A stretch of DNA of 64,000 nt from a virus (IMGVR_UViG_3300025646_000030:6708-70707), one strand, 5' to 3'; shown: positions 47,701-57,599, counted from the stretch's first letter. Program-made: numbers and translations. The notes: generated by a model from the letters alone, not told the origin.

Positions 47701-48812
47701 CAGAACAGCTCCTCCTCCTGGAGCGAAGGCGCCGGGCGCCAGGGTGAGGTGGCCCAGCGGGCGCCAGCGCCGAGGGCAAGGCCCAGGGCGATGGCGAGGA
47801 TCGCGTAGCGCTTCATGGTGTCGGTGTGGGTGTCGTAGGGGCGTAGGCGCGAAGCAGCTGCGTCTTGCGTTCTTCGATCAGATGCGCCGAGGAGACGATC
47901 GAGCACGGGCCGCCCTCGGGGAGGCAGACGCGGTAGCAGTCGTTGCCGGTGGCGTCGACGTAGTAGTCGACGGTGCAGAGGTCACTCATGCCACCTCGCA
48001 AGGGGCGCCGACGTACTGCTCCCAGAGCCCGGTATAGACGGCGTGCCACGGGTGCTTCGGGTCGTGGCGGCCGTCGTAGGCGTAGAGCGTGTCGAGGAGC
48101 TCAACGCGGGCGGCCTGCACGATGGGGTTGCACCCCGGCATGAATGTGGAGGGAGAGGACTCAGGCATGAACGGGGTGCAATGGGGCAGGGTGCGAGGCG
48201 CTTAGAAGTCGTCCTCGGTAGCCATCAGATCGGCGCGTACCGTGCGGGAAGAGGCGCGCAGCGATGAGGACTGGCGGCCGGCACGATCCACGGCGTCAGC
48301 CGTGTCGCCTACAGCGCTGAGCAGGGGACCGGCCACCGGGGCGAGTTCCTGGCAGTAGGTCGCAAGCGATGTCCAGAAGTTGGAAGACATGGTCGTGAGA
48401 GAGCGAGGTGGATGAGCGAGACGCGAGGCGCTACGTGAGAGGCACCCGCAGGGCGACGATGCGCAGGTCGTGCCAGCCGAGCTTGCTGAGGAGCCGTGCT
48501 CGGTAGGCGGCCGCGTCGATGTCGGCGAAGCGCACCGCGGCGCCGGGATCGGAGACCTCCTGCACCGGGACGCCACCGATCCCGGTGCAGGCAGCGAGGA
48601 AGCCGCCCGCCGTGCGGATGGCGTACCTAGTTGTGGAGGGAGGGCATTGAGTAAGTGCCAGCGGGAACGAAGCGGGATGCGAGTCCTCGGTTGCGTAGGT
48701 TTGCATTAGCTCGGAGAATTTCAGTAGCAGTAGCAAAAGTGGTGTAAAGAGCAACACCGGTATCAATTTGCATGAGTTCGTACGCAGCAAAACCTGTCAT
48801 GGATGGCTCCAT
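47700..48812 (-). other. Run of about six small hypothetical genes
   Basis: Coupled short ORFs: 47700-47816, 47813-47989, 47986-48168, 48202-48390, 48431-~48706, 48627-48812. Confidence 0.5.
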
Positions 48813-48990
48813 GTTGCTGAGAGATAGGGGACGATCTCGGGAGACAAGCCGCGCTCGGGGCAGCCGGGGCTCCGCTCAACCATTCTGCCGCGCTTGGAGA
48901 TGGGAGAATGTGGCGGCATGGTCTGGCGGAACTCACAGCGCCGGCCGTGTGGATGAGCGCCGCGGGGGGTGAGAGCCTCGCGGCTTTTCC

Positions 48991-49281
48991 TCAGGCGCGG
49001 CGGATGCGGTAGGTCACGATCTCGGCGCCGGCTGCATCCATCTCCTGCACCGTCAGCTCGCCGCGGTTGAAGCGGTCGCGCTCGGTGCGATCCAGCTTCG
49101 GGAGTGTGATCTCGGAGACGCAGTCGGCGTAGGACGCCAGCCAGTAGGGCAGATGACCGTAGACGTGCCGGTGAAGGATGTCTTCAGGGCGGACGTATTC
49201 AGCGCAGTTGCCGCGGACGCCTTTTTCCTTGAGCCAGGCAAGGATGGAATCGTTGGTAAAGGTGATAACCGGATCAGACAT
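48991..49281 (-). CDS. Csx16-like (Cas_VVA1548-like) protein
   Basis: AWLKEKG...HVYGHLP.WLA...RGELTVQEMDAAGA pattern. Confidence 0.65.
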   Translation of the reverse strand: MSDPVITFTNDSILAWLKEKGVRGNCAEYVRPEDILHRHVYGHLPYWLASYADCVSEITLPKLDRTERDRFNRGELTVQEMDAAGAEIVTYRIRRA

Positions 49282-49339
49282 AGCGATTGAGAGATGCAAG
49301 AGGACTTACACCACGCGGGATGCCTCGTGGACGGGCGGA

Positions 49340-50416
49340 TCAGACCAGGGCGAGGCAGGCCTCACGGGCGCGGTCGATGCGCTTGGCACCGTTGCCGCCC
49401 CAGAGGCTCTCCAGGCGGGTGCGGGCGCGCTCGGTTTCGTTCTTCGCACGACCCACGTCATGCGTTTCGCATTGTGTGATCGCGTTGAACAGGCCGTAGA
49501 GCGTGCCAGCTACGCCGGGGATGTCGCGGATGCCCAGGCCGGTCTCGCCGGCGTAATGACTACGCACCGTGGCCACCTCCGGGATGTCGCCCAGCGTCCG
49601 GGGGCGGGTGGCGCCGGACTTGTCCTTGTAGGGCGTGGCCAGCTTGTCGGCGTAGGTGGCCTCAAGCACGCGGCGGGCGATCTCGGTGGTGAGCTGCACG
49701 TTGGTCAGATCACGCAGCTCGTCGATCGATTGGGCAAAGCTGCGGCGCTCCAGGCTGATCAGGTGTGGCAGCTGCTCGGCAAACTGCGTCACTGATGCGG
49801 TGTGCTTCCGGCGGATGCCGGTGCCCTTGGCCACTGCGCGCCCTGCCGCCTTGCCGGTCAGGTAGGCGAGCTGGTTGGCGCAGGCCAGGCGCACGTCGCT
49901 GAAGAAGACGCCGAAGCCGCTGCTCCCGTCATGGGAGTTGAACAGGTGCAGGTAGCGGCGCACCTTGTCTCCGGGGACCACCTCGTCCTCGGTTCGGATC
50001 GACGCAGTGGCAAAGATCTTGCGGCCGTTGCGGATCGAGAGGACGTTCTCGATCGTCACGTCCTCGTGGAGGTAGTCGAGGATGCGCACCAGGGCGTCGT
50101 TCTGCACCGGGGTGTAGGCCGAGCCGTGGATGCCAAGCAGGGCATCGGTGTCGCTGCGGACGATGGCGACGTGCTCGGGGGATTCCAGCGGGCCGTCTTG
50201 GCCCATGAAGGTGACGGGGCGGCGCTCAGCGCTCCAGTTCAGGCCGGCGATCTCGAAGGCGTCGCGGGCGGTGACGTTCTCCGGGATGGCGGTGCCGACG
50301 CGGTCGATCAGCGGGTTGACCGCATAGCCACGGTCCCGGTAGCGGCCATAAACCATGGGGCCTTTGCCATCTGCGGCGTAGGCGGTGGTGACTCGATTAG
50401 GTGCAGTGAAAGTCAT
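49340..50416 (-). CDS. DUF932 family protein
   Basis: AGLNW, Y.PVQN, NSHDGSS, VRLACANQL, HT, T.YGLFNAIT. Confidence 0.88.
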   Translation of the reverse strand: MTFTAPNRVTTAYAADGKGPMVYGRYRDRGYAVNPLIDRVGTAIPENVTARDAFEIAGLNWSAERRPVTFMGQDGPLESPEHVAIVRSDTDALLGIHGSAYTPVQNDALVRILDYLHEDVTIENVLSIRNGRKIFATASIRTEDEVVPGDKVRRYLHLFNSHDGSSGFGVFFSDVRLACANQLAYLTGKAAGRAVAKGTGIRRKHTASVTQFAEQLPHLISLERRSFAQSIDELRDLTNVQLTTEIARRVLEATYADKLATPYKDKSGATRPRTLGDIPEVATVRSHYAGETGLGIRDIPGVAGTLYGLFNAITQCETHDVGRAKNETERARTRLESLWGGNGAKRIDRAREACLALV

Positions 50417-50561
50417 TTGAATACTTAAATGAATGTCAGCCCGAAGGCTGTTGTTAATAGCTGCGCGTTGTACCGAGACGCACCCCTCGGGAGGACTTGG
50501 CTTCGGATCCCGAGCGCAGCGTAGCCGGTCTCGGGCAAAAGGGCGACCTGTTCAGGACGGG

Positions 50562-50837
50562 TTACCGGTGGTCCAAGGCTTCGTAGTGGTAGAAGGCGGA
50601 GGCCCAAGCAGGGAACTCGGGATCCTCCGGCAGGGGATAGCCCTCGACGTGCTCCCAGTCCGAGGCGGAGATGCCCTCGGGGGAATACCAACCGCCCTCA
50701 TCGGCGGTCCATCCGGCTTGCCAGCGGATGCGGTTGATGCGGTCCTCCTCGGCCATGGCGGCCTCGACCGCGCCGAGGTGGTCGTACCAGTTGGGGCGTC
50801 GCTCGAGCTGAGCGAGGTTGAAAGCGGGGTCAGTCAT
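50562..50837 (-). CDS. Hypothetical protein
   Basis: ORF in the early operon. Confidence 0.6.
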   Translation of the reverse strand: MTDPAFNLAQLERRPNWYDHLGAVEAAMAEEDRINRIRWQAGWTADEGGWYSPEGISASDWEHVEGYPLPEDPEFPAWASAFYHYEALDHR

Positions 50838-50991
50838 TGTCTTTTGTTAGGAGGAGTGCAAGGGTGTCAATCTGCTCGTAAATGGGGGAGTAATCGAGTC
50901 TGTTGTATATCTCGGGCGTGATGCGAGCGATGACCTCATCAGGTAGATCAGTGTTGTCACCTAGGTAGTGGAGAATGTCTTCGTCAGTCAT
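50830..50991 (-). CDS. Hypothetical protein
   Basis: Likely start MTDEDILHY. Confidence 0.5.
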   Translation of the reverse strand: MTDEDILHYLGDNTDLPDEVIARITPEIYNRLDYSPIYEQIDTLALLLTKDND

Positions 50992-51141
50992 GGTGATAAG
51001 GAACGGATCTAAGTGAGTTGAGCAGAGCTGCCATCTCCGACTGGTAAGGAATGCCTCCTTCAATCGGACTAGGCTCTTTGTTGCGTAGGTAATAATCGAG
51101 GGCAGTAATCAATAAAAACCTGTCGAATCTGTGTAACTTGG

Positions 51142-51402
51142 TCATTCGCCTAGCTCCAGAAGGTGGGCTTCGAGGTAGGTCATGAGATCAGCAATCCGCT
51201 GACGCTGTACGTCGCGCTGGTGACACGCCTTGCGCCAGGCGTCAGGGCCTTGCACGTAGTAGTCGCGAGCGTTATGTTCGATGCGACTAAAAGCGTCGCG
51301 AAACTCAATCAGCTTGCGGTAGGCGTTCTGATAGCCCTCGGTGAGCATCTTGCGAGAGGTGCCGTTCAGGTGAACGGTGGGAAGGGTGAGATCAGTGGAC
51401 AT
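51142..51402 (-). CDS. Hypothetical protein
   Basis: PTVHLNGTS...NARDYYVQG. Confidence 0.7.
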   Translation of the reverse strand: MSTDLTLPTVHLNGTSRKMLTEGYQNAYRKLIEFRDAFSRIEHNARDYYVQGPDAWRKACHQRDVQRQRIADLMTYLEAHLLELGE

Positions 51403-51405
51403 AAC

Positions 51406-51723
51406 TCAGTGGCTGATGTGGACAGTTGCGATCCCGTCGAGCGGGACGCCGAGGCGATAGGCAGCGCCTGCGCTGAGGTCGATTGAGTTGCAATCGCAGC
51501 GGTCGGTGACGGGCACCGTGATGGACCGCCCGCGGTGAGTCACCCGCACTCGGGTGCCGCAGGGCAACCAGGGGTGAGCGGCGCTCACACCCCAATGGCG
51601 ATAGGTCTGGCCGCAATACGTTGTGCGACCTTCGTACCACGAGTGGTATGTGGTTGCGGTGACGTAGCGCGCTTGTGCAGGGGCGCAGAGCGCAAGCGCG
51701 GCGAACAGGGCGAGGCGCTTCAT
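51406..51723 (-). CDS. RlpA-like double-psi beta-barrel protein with signal peptide
   Basis: MKRLALFAALALCAPAQA; AAHP.LP.GT.VRVT, V.DR, IDLS..AA..LG. Confidence 0.85.
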   Translation of the reverse strand: MKRLALFAALALCAPAQARYVTATTYHSWYEGRTTYCGQTYRHWGVSAAHPWLPCGTRVRVTHRGRSITVPVTDRCDCNSIDLSAGAAYRLGVPLDGIATVHISH

Positions 51724-53095
51724 CAGACCACCACGTCGCTGTAGTAACGGGAGCCGGGACCGAAGTCCTCGATCAGGTGAGGGAAAGCGCCCTCGATGCG
51801 GCGCTTGTTTGGACCGTCGGCCTTGAACCACGCCTGTGCCAGGGCGGCGCAGAAGCCACCGCCGTGGCGTTGCATGGCGGCAAAAGTGCGGAAGGTCTCG
51901 GTGTAGGTAAGTGTGGAATTCATTTTGCTTGAATGAATGAATGACAGGCGGATGGTCAGTGCCACAGAACGGGTTGGGGATCGCCAAGGGCGGTGAAGAT
52001 GCGGCGCTCGGTCTGGCGCAGGTAGGCCCAGAGCTCTTCGCCCTCGGGGAGCACATCGGCTCCCTCATGGGTGTTGAGCTCCGCCAGTTCAGCGGGCCAG
52101 TCGATCCTGTTAAGAGCATCGGCGCAGAGGTAGCGCAGATGCTGCTTTTGGGCGTTTGTCAGTGTCATTTGGCTTGAATGAATGAAAGGCGGATGATGAG
52201 TTCCTCAACACAGTCGGCCTGAGATTTGTATTCCCAGGTGACTGGTGAGATGACGTAGTCATTGATGAAGTGTTCCTCCCACCATGCATTGATGGCGGAA
52301 CGGATTTGATCTTTGTTCATTTCGCTTCCGCGATAGAGACGTAGAACGACGGCTCATTGCTGGCGATTCCTCGCGATTGCTCCCACTTTTGTGTTATCTG
52401 GAGAGCTTCCATCTCACGCTGGGTTTCGATGGAGTAGATCCAGCGGTTGCGCTGTTTGAGCACGCACTTCACCTCGCCTAGAGCGACGTTGGTGAGCGCC
52501 TTGGCCTGCATGTGGTGCAGGAGCCATGTGCGTTCTGCGTCGTAGAGCGCAGTCAGCTCCTGGATTTGCAGCTGCAGTTGCCGTGCTCGGGCTAGGTGTT
52601 GGCCCACTTCACCCGTCGGCGCATAGGAGCGGGCACGTTTGGCGGGTTTGGCTGGCGCTTTGACAAAAGAAATGGTCATAGTCATTCACAACTGAAATGA
52701 TGAGTGAGAAAAACCGATTCGTTAATCGGTCACGATCAGCTGACGAAAGGTGAACGGTTCGCCGCGTTTGGCGTACTCGCTCAGGAGCATGTCCACAGCG
52801 GTGGGATCCTCCACCCAGTGCTCGTGCTCCCAGTCGTCTGACAGGAAGTGCCAGACGGGATGAAGCTCGGGGCCGGGCTCGGGATCAGGCGGCGAGAGAG
52901 GCCGGGGGTCAGGGCAGTAGGTCATGGGCCGGGATACACCGTGGGCGTGGGCGGAAGTGTGTTCGTGGGGTGGCGCATGCCGTGGTCGATCGCCATGGCG
53001 GCGATGGCCAGGCCGAGCAGAACACCGGCAACGTGCTCGGCTGTCACCCAGGGAGCGGGGCGCCGGCGACGACGGTCTGAGCGTAGAGGCGTCAT
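51723..53095 (-). other. Run of six small early genes
   Basis: Coupled ORFs: 51723-51923, 51956-52168, 52165-52320, 52317-52685, 52722-52925, 52922-53095. Confidence 0.55.
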
Positions 53096-53113
53096 GGGAA
53101 AAGGTCAACCAAA

Positions 53114-53797
53114 TCAGGAACAGGATGCCGCAGCACGCGCGGAACGCACGCCGTGTGCGGGAAACGTGATCACGAAGTCGCGGTCACCACGGGCGCAAAG
53201 CGGAGTGCCACCGCCGCAGGTGACGCATTGCGTCGGGGAACCATCGAACGTGGCCGGGCACTGGCGGAACTGCACGCCGCGATAGGTGAAGTGGGCCGGT
53301 GCGTCCTCGGGGACCACGCACACCACCGGATAGCCACGTTTGGCGTAGCGGGCAGCTTCCGCCCGCACCTCGGTGGACAGGTTCACCACGAAGCCACGGC
53401 GCAAGGCGCTGCGGATTGCAGCGAGATTTGCCGTGGTGCGCAGGTGGTGGGTATAGGTCCACGCGGCGCTCAGATGGCGCGTGGCATCGGCGAGCTTGCG
53501 CAGCAGATCGGCGCGGATGCGGCCGGCCTCGTGCCATAGGTCGCCCGCGACGTTGTGGCGAAACAGATTGCCAACCCGGATACGGCCTACGGCCGCGATG
53601 AACTCGAGTTCAGACAGGCCACGGGTGCCGGCCGTTACGGCATCCCAATGAAGCCGGGTGAAATAACCAGCCTCGGCATAACAGCCATCATCGCCAGCAA
53701 GTGGGCACGTTGGCGGGCAAGACGGGCGGGCCGTGGTGGACACGGCAATGGGTCCGGTCTTGTCATTAGAAGACCGGACGGTAAGGGCGGTGTTCAT
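53114..53797 (-). CDS. Cys-rich phage protein (gp88/radical-SAM-like family)
   Basis: SSNDKTG, CPPTCP..CYA, RHNVAGD, WTYTH, CPA..CVTC..LC, FPAHG. Confidence 0.7.
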   Translation of the reverse strand: MNTALTVRSSNDKTGPIAVSTTARPSCPPTCPLAGDDGCYAEAGYFTRLHWDAVTAGTRGLSELEFIAAVGRIRVGNLFRHNVAGDLWHEAGRIRADLLRKLADATRHLSAAWTYTHHLRTTANLAAIRSALRRGFVVNLSTEVRAEAARYAKRGYPVVCVVPEDAPAHFTYRGVQFRQCPATFDGSPTQCVTCGGGTPLCARGDRDFVITFPAHGVRSARAAASCS

Positions 53798-55467
53798 GCT
53801 TAACTCACAGCGAGAGGATGAAGGCGGCAAAGCCGCAGGCGCGATGCGCCCAGAGAGCCAACCCGTAGAAGGGAATGGCTCTGGGGGCGAGTCAGTAGCA
53901 GTCGCGGTCGTACTGATTCATGGCGTCAATGCCGCGCTTCCAGATAGCCAAAGCGCGGCCGTTCATTGCCATGTAAGTTTCATGCTCGCGCCAACGGCGG
54001 CTGTGGAAGGGTTCCCACCCGTGGTTGGCGGCGCAGGCTTCCTCCCATAGCAGGTCCATGCGACGTTCTGCGCAGATGGCGATGTTGGAGAAGTCGGTGC
54101 TCAGCATGGTTTGACCTCGTCGATGGTGGCATCCGCAGGTATTTCAATACCCCGGACGTGATCAGAAAAGTGGTTCAGCGCATCGTCTAGATCGACGCAC
54201 TCGGTGATTTCGGTCCAGCCAAAGCGGCCAGACGGTGTGCTCCAAGAGATTCGGAAGGTCATTGTTCGGATTCAAGACGGGTTTGGAGTACTGAAACGAT
54301 GTCCAGCACGTTGGACAGATGTGGTGCGGCTGCGCGGTAGTCCGCGTCTCCGGTGATGAGCTGCTCGGCTTCAAACAGCAGACGCCAGACCTCGAGGACC
54401 TTGGCGTAGCGGGCGTCGCTTGTAGTTGGTCGTTGCATAGGAATCAGAAAGCGTTGAAAGCGTCCTCGGGCCACACCTCCTCGATGTGGAAGGTGGCGTC
54501 TGGGTGGCGGCGGGTGAGGCCGGCAAGTTCCAGCACGACATCGGCGCGGCTGTAGCCCCAGATGCCTGTGGGGTTGGTGCGTGTGCCGAGGTCGTCGGTG
54601 ATGGTGGCGTAGATCTCGTAGGTCATCAGCGCATCAGGTAAAGGATCTCATCACCGTTCTCGGCTACATCGTTTGCCCAAATCCACAGCAAGCGCCGTAG
54701 ATTCTGCTGGTGATCACATAGTTGGGCGCGATCCCACGCGCCGTAGCCGGATAGGTGCTCGCGTATCAGCCACGCAGGGCCGTCAAATGACAGGCGATTA
54801 ACCCAGTGCTCTACCGCTTCATCGGACGGACCGGGCCGGGCGATATCAGAAACGCACTCGGTAGGGAGAGTACGGATGGCCATGCGGCCATCAAACCAAT
54901 CGTTCTTGAACATGGATAGAACAGTTTGTGAATGGGTTAAAGAGCACGGCGGCGAGCACGTTCCTGCGAATAGGTACACATCTGGTCGATGTAATACCCT
55001 TCCCGGATCGGATTCCAGCCGCGCATAGCGTCGGCAGCTTTTTTGCAATCTAGGATGATGTAATTCAGGCTGACCGCATCACACGATGCAGCATGATCGC
55101 GCCATTTGGCGAAGTCTTCAGCAGTTGCATGGTTGGCAATCATTACACTTCCTCCCAAGAATAGGTTTCAGGAAACTCAAACAGATCGCCATCTTGCGAC
55201 AAATAATGGTTCACACCATCGACATTGTGACAATAGGTGTTGAGAATTGATTCCCAAGCTTCCCAATAACATTCACATTCCGGCCCCATGGCCAGATCTT
55301 CTACATCACTGGCATTAACGCCAGCAGATGCCACAGCTTGCAAGCCGTAGCGTTCGGCCCACACTTGTGGCACATAAATGCCGTGGTGACCGTCAATAAT
55401 GCACACGGGTTCAGTCAAAGCAGTCATAGCTGATAACTCACAGCGAGAGAACATGCCACATAGTTGT

Positions 55468-55516
55468 GGCAATAACTGGGCAGGGGATTGCACCCTGCCT
55501 CCCGCTTAGACGGATC
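55468..55516 (-). repeat. 49-bp intergenic direct repeat, copy 1 (two-hairpin element)
   Basis: 47/49 identical to 55690-55738. Confidence 0.9.
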
Positions 55517-55689
55517 AGTTAGACCTGAAATTAATCAGGGCTTCCTGGATAGCACGCTCTACCCAAGCTTTAGGCACTGGGTAAAGTTGCCATTGCTTCC
55601 AGGTTTTAAACACAACCTGACGCTCGGCAACAGGAAGATGTTTGTAGCTCATGGATATCTCCATGTGTGCAGTGCCCATCTCTGCTGGG

Positions 55690-55738
55690 GGCAATAACTG
55701 GGCAGGGGATTGCACCCTGCCTCCCGCTTTTACGGATC
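55690..55738 (-). repeat. 49-bp intergenic direct repeat, copy 2
   Basis: 47/49 identical to 55468-55516. Confidence 0.9.
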
Positions 55739-55948
55739 GGCTCAGATGGACACTTGGTGCCAATCCTCCTCTACTTCCTCTAGTGGCACTTCTGCCACAT
55801 ACGTGACAGCTTCCGCTGGAGAATGCTGGAAGTCCCAGCCGTGAATCAGCTGGGCGCGATCACGCTCAACCGCTTCACGGCTGTATCCCCACACCATTTC
55901 GGTGTGGTAGCTATAAGCAAAAACAGTGAGGGTCATTGAACTAAAGCT

Positions 55949-55972
55949 AAAGACAAAAGGTGCAAAGCACCT
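55949..55972 (-). terminator. Putative intrinsic terminator
   Basis: AGGTGC-TTT-GCACCT followed by TTTGTCTTT. Confidence 0.6.
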
Positions 55973-56602
55973 CAGCCAAGCAACCCCCGGACGCAATACG
56001 TCAGGGGGAATGCCTGGGGGAGATGGATTGTGCGTGCTGAGCAGAGCCGAATGCTCGGTGCCACCGTGGGCACGCCGGCCACGGTTGTGGGGTGTCACCC
56101 CACTCCAGTTCGCATTATTAGTGCGGTGTCTGGACTTATTCCCATAGGTACAACAAAACAGTCGCGCCCCGGTTCGCCAGGGTTGCGCTGTCAGCTTCAC
56201 TGCCTGCCCACCAGGTAGCCACTAGCTTCGAAGGACTGAGAGTCCGCGCCTGCTAGCACTTACCTAGACCCGATGGCTCGGGCTTGGCTCGGCATCATGC
56301 CGCTGCACCTATTCCCCCATACCATCCGGGTCGGTTAGGGCCACAGCGCTCCCGCGCCATACGTGGCTTGTCCCTCCGGCGAGGCCAGGATTCAGACGAT
56401 ACGTAGGTGCAACCGAAGGCAATCGCCGCCCGTGGTGTACACCCCGGCCAGGCCAGAGCAGGAAGCTGCTTCCATGGCGAGGCTCATTGTCCGATACGTC
56501 TTCCCTCCAAGCTGGGCAGGCTCACCCGATAACGGGCTCGACACTGCGCTCGGCACGGTTGTTGTAAGTAGCTGACACGGTGGCTGTCACCCACCGATCC
56601 AT
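55950..56602 (-). ncRNA. Candidate large structured ncRNA (~580-650 nt)
   Basis: No credible ORF; more than 12 local hairpins, several 8-9-bp long-range helices and a closing 5'/3' stem; flanked by promoter and terminator. Confidence 0.7.
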
Positions 56603-56608
56603 GGCGTA

Positions 56609-56637
56609 AGCCTTGCACAGCTGCCGCCGATTGTCAA
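56609..56637 (-). promoter_or_regulatory. Sigma70-type early promoter
   Basis: TTGACA-N17-AAGGCT; predicted +1 near 56602. Confidence 0.65.
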
Positions 56638-56922
56638 CCCCTGCCGATTGGCTTAGGTTGGCGCAACGGGTCCGGCGGGAGCAGAGCCCCTTAGGGGTTG
56701 CTCGCAAGGCCGGATCCGTTCCGATGCACCAAGCATTGCACCGATGCCTGCAGCCGTCAAGCACTGCTAGCGAGTCTCTTGGATCTCGGTCTGAGACGAC
56801 TGCGCAGCCTCTATAGAGATAGAGTCGCACTGAGTCTTATGCGACACAGAGCGGGATGGTATGTAGTACTAACGAAGCCATATTAACTACTACTAAATAA
56901 ATGTATATGTATGCCTTGCTTA

Positions 56923-57300
56923 TTACTGCTCGCTCGCCCTAGTCAAAAGTCCGTTGATAATGTCAGCTGGCCGGCACTGGCGAGCAACGCACTCAGTGTC
57001 GAGCCATCTACGGTTGTTGGGTGTCAATGTAATCGATATTTTCAAACGCTCGTTTTCTTTGCGTAGTTGCTCGTTACTCTTGGACTGAGCGATACGGGCC
57101 GAGGTAGAGCGCCAGCGATCCAGCGTCCCCGGTGCCAAGTCGCCGCGCTCGGTGGCTTTCTGGAGGCGCTGCAGGATGCTCTGGCGCGACACCCCGAAGA
57201 TCTCGCCGACGTCAGCCCATTTCACGAAGCCGTGCGCTTCGTAAAGCCTTTCGCACGTCTGCGTGATGTCTTCGAGGGGTGTGTATTTGGGCGAGCCCAT
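56923..57300 (-). CDS. HTH DNA-binding protein
   Basis: WADVGEIFGVSRQSILQRL; RHH-like C-terminus. Confidence 0.7.
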   Translation of the reverse strand: MGSPKYTPLEDITQTCERLYEAHGFVKWADVGEIFGVSRQSILQRLQKATERGDLAPGTLDRWRSTSARIAQSKSNEQLRKENERLKISITLTPNNRRWLDTECVARQCRPADIINGLLTRASEQ

Positions 57301-57351
57301 TTCAGGGTCCTAAGAGTGCAGACCCAATGGTTGCACAGCGCCTACAAAACG

Positions 57352-57561
57352 TCAATCCCTCTCCGCTTCCGGCCCGTGGTACAGCCACTCCAGCTGTTGG
57401 CGCAGGTCGGCCTCGTGGCGTTCGTCGTCCACGTCGTCGTAGTCGTCCTCGGGGTCTGCCGGGAGCTCCACCACGATCCGGTTGATCCGGGGGCTCTTCG
57501 CTAAGCGCTCCAGCAGCCACTGCTCCCACCAGCGGAGGCCCAGATCAAGGCGGTCGCTCAT
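57352..57561 (-). CDS. Hypothetical protein
   Basis: Likely start MSDRLDLGLRWWEQ. Confidence 0.55.
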   Translation of the reverse strand: MSDRLDLGLRWWEQWLLERLAKSPRINRIVVELPADPEDDYDDVDDERHEADLRQQLEWLYHGPEAERD

Positions 57562-57599
57562 CAGTCGTCCTCGGTTACTCCAGATTGGGGCGCCCGCGC

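Larger units (their letters stand above)
53892..55936 (-). other. Run of about eight small early genes
   Basis: ORFs 53892-54107, 54259-54438, 54444-54626, 54626-54913, 54937-55143, 55143-55427, 55515-55652, 55742-55936. Confidence 0.6.

Noticed and set aside
55468-55738. Direct repeats as a mini CRISPR array
   Set aside because: Only two copies, and the ~170-bp spacer holds a gene; no cas genes
55950-56602. Structured region as group I/II intron, tmRNA or RNase P RNA
   Set aside because: It interrupts no gene and I could not find their hallmark motifs by eye; an Rfam search is still needed
56030-56830. Short ORFs over the structured region and promoter
   Set aside because: No motifs, weak starts, and they overlap the promoter and paired elements
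56770-56920. GAGTC/GAGAC short motifs and an AT-rich tract as origin or genome terminus
   Set aside because: Too short and irregular to support without read-coverage data
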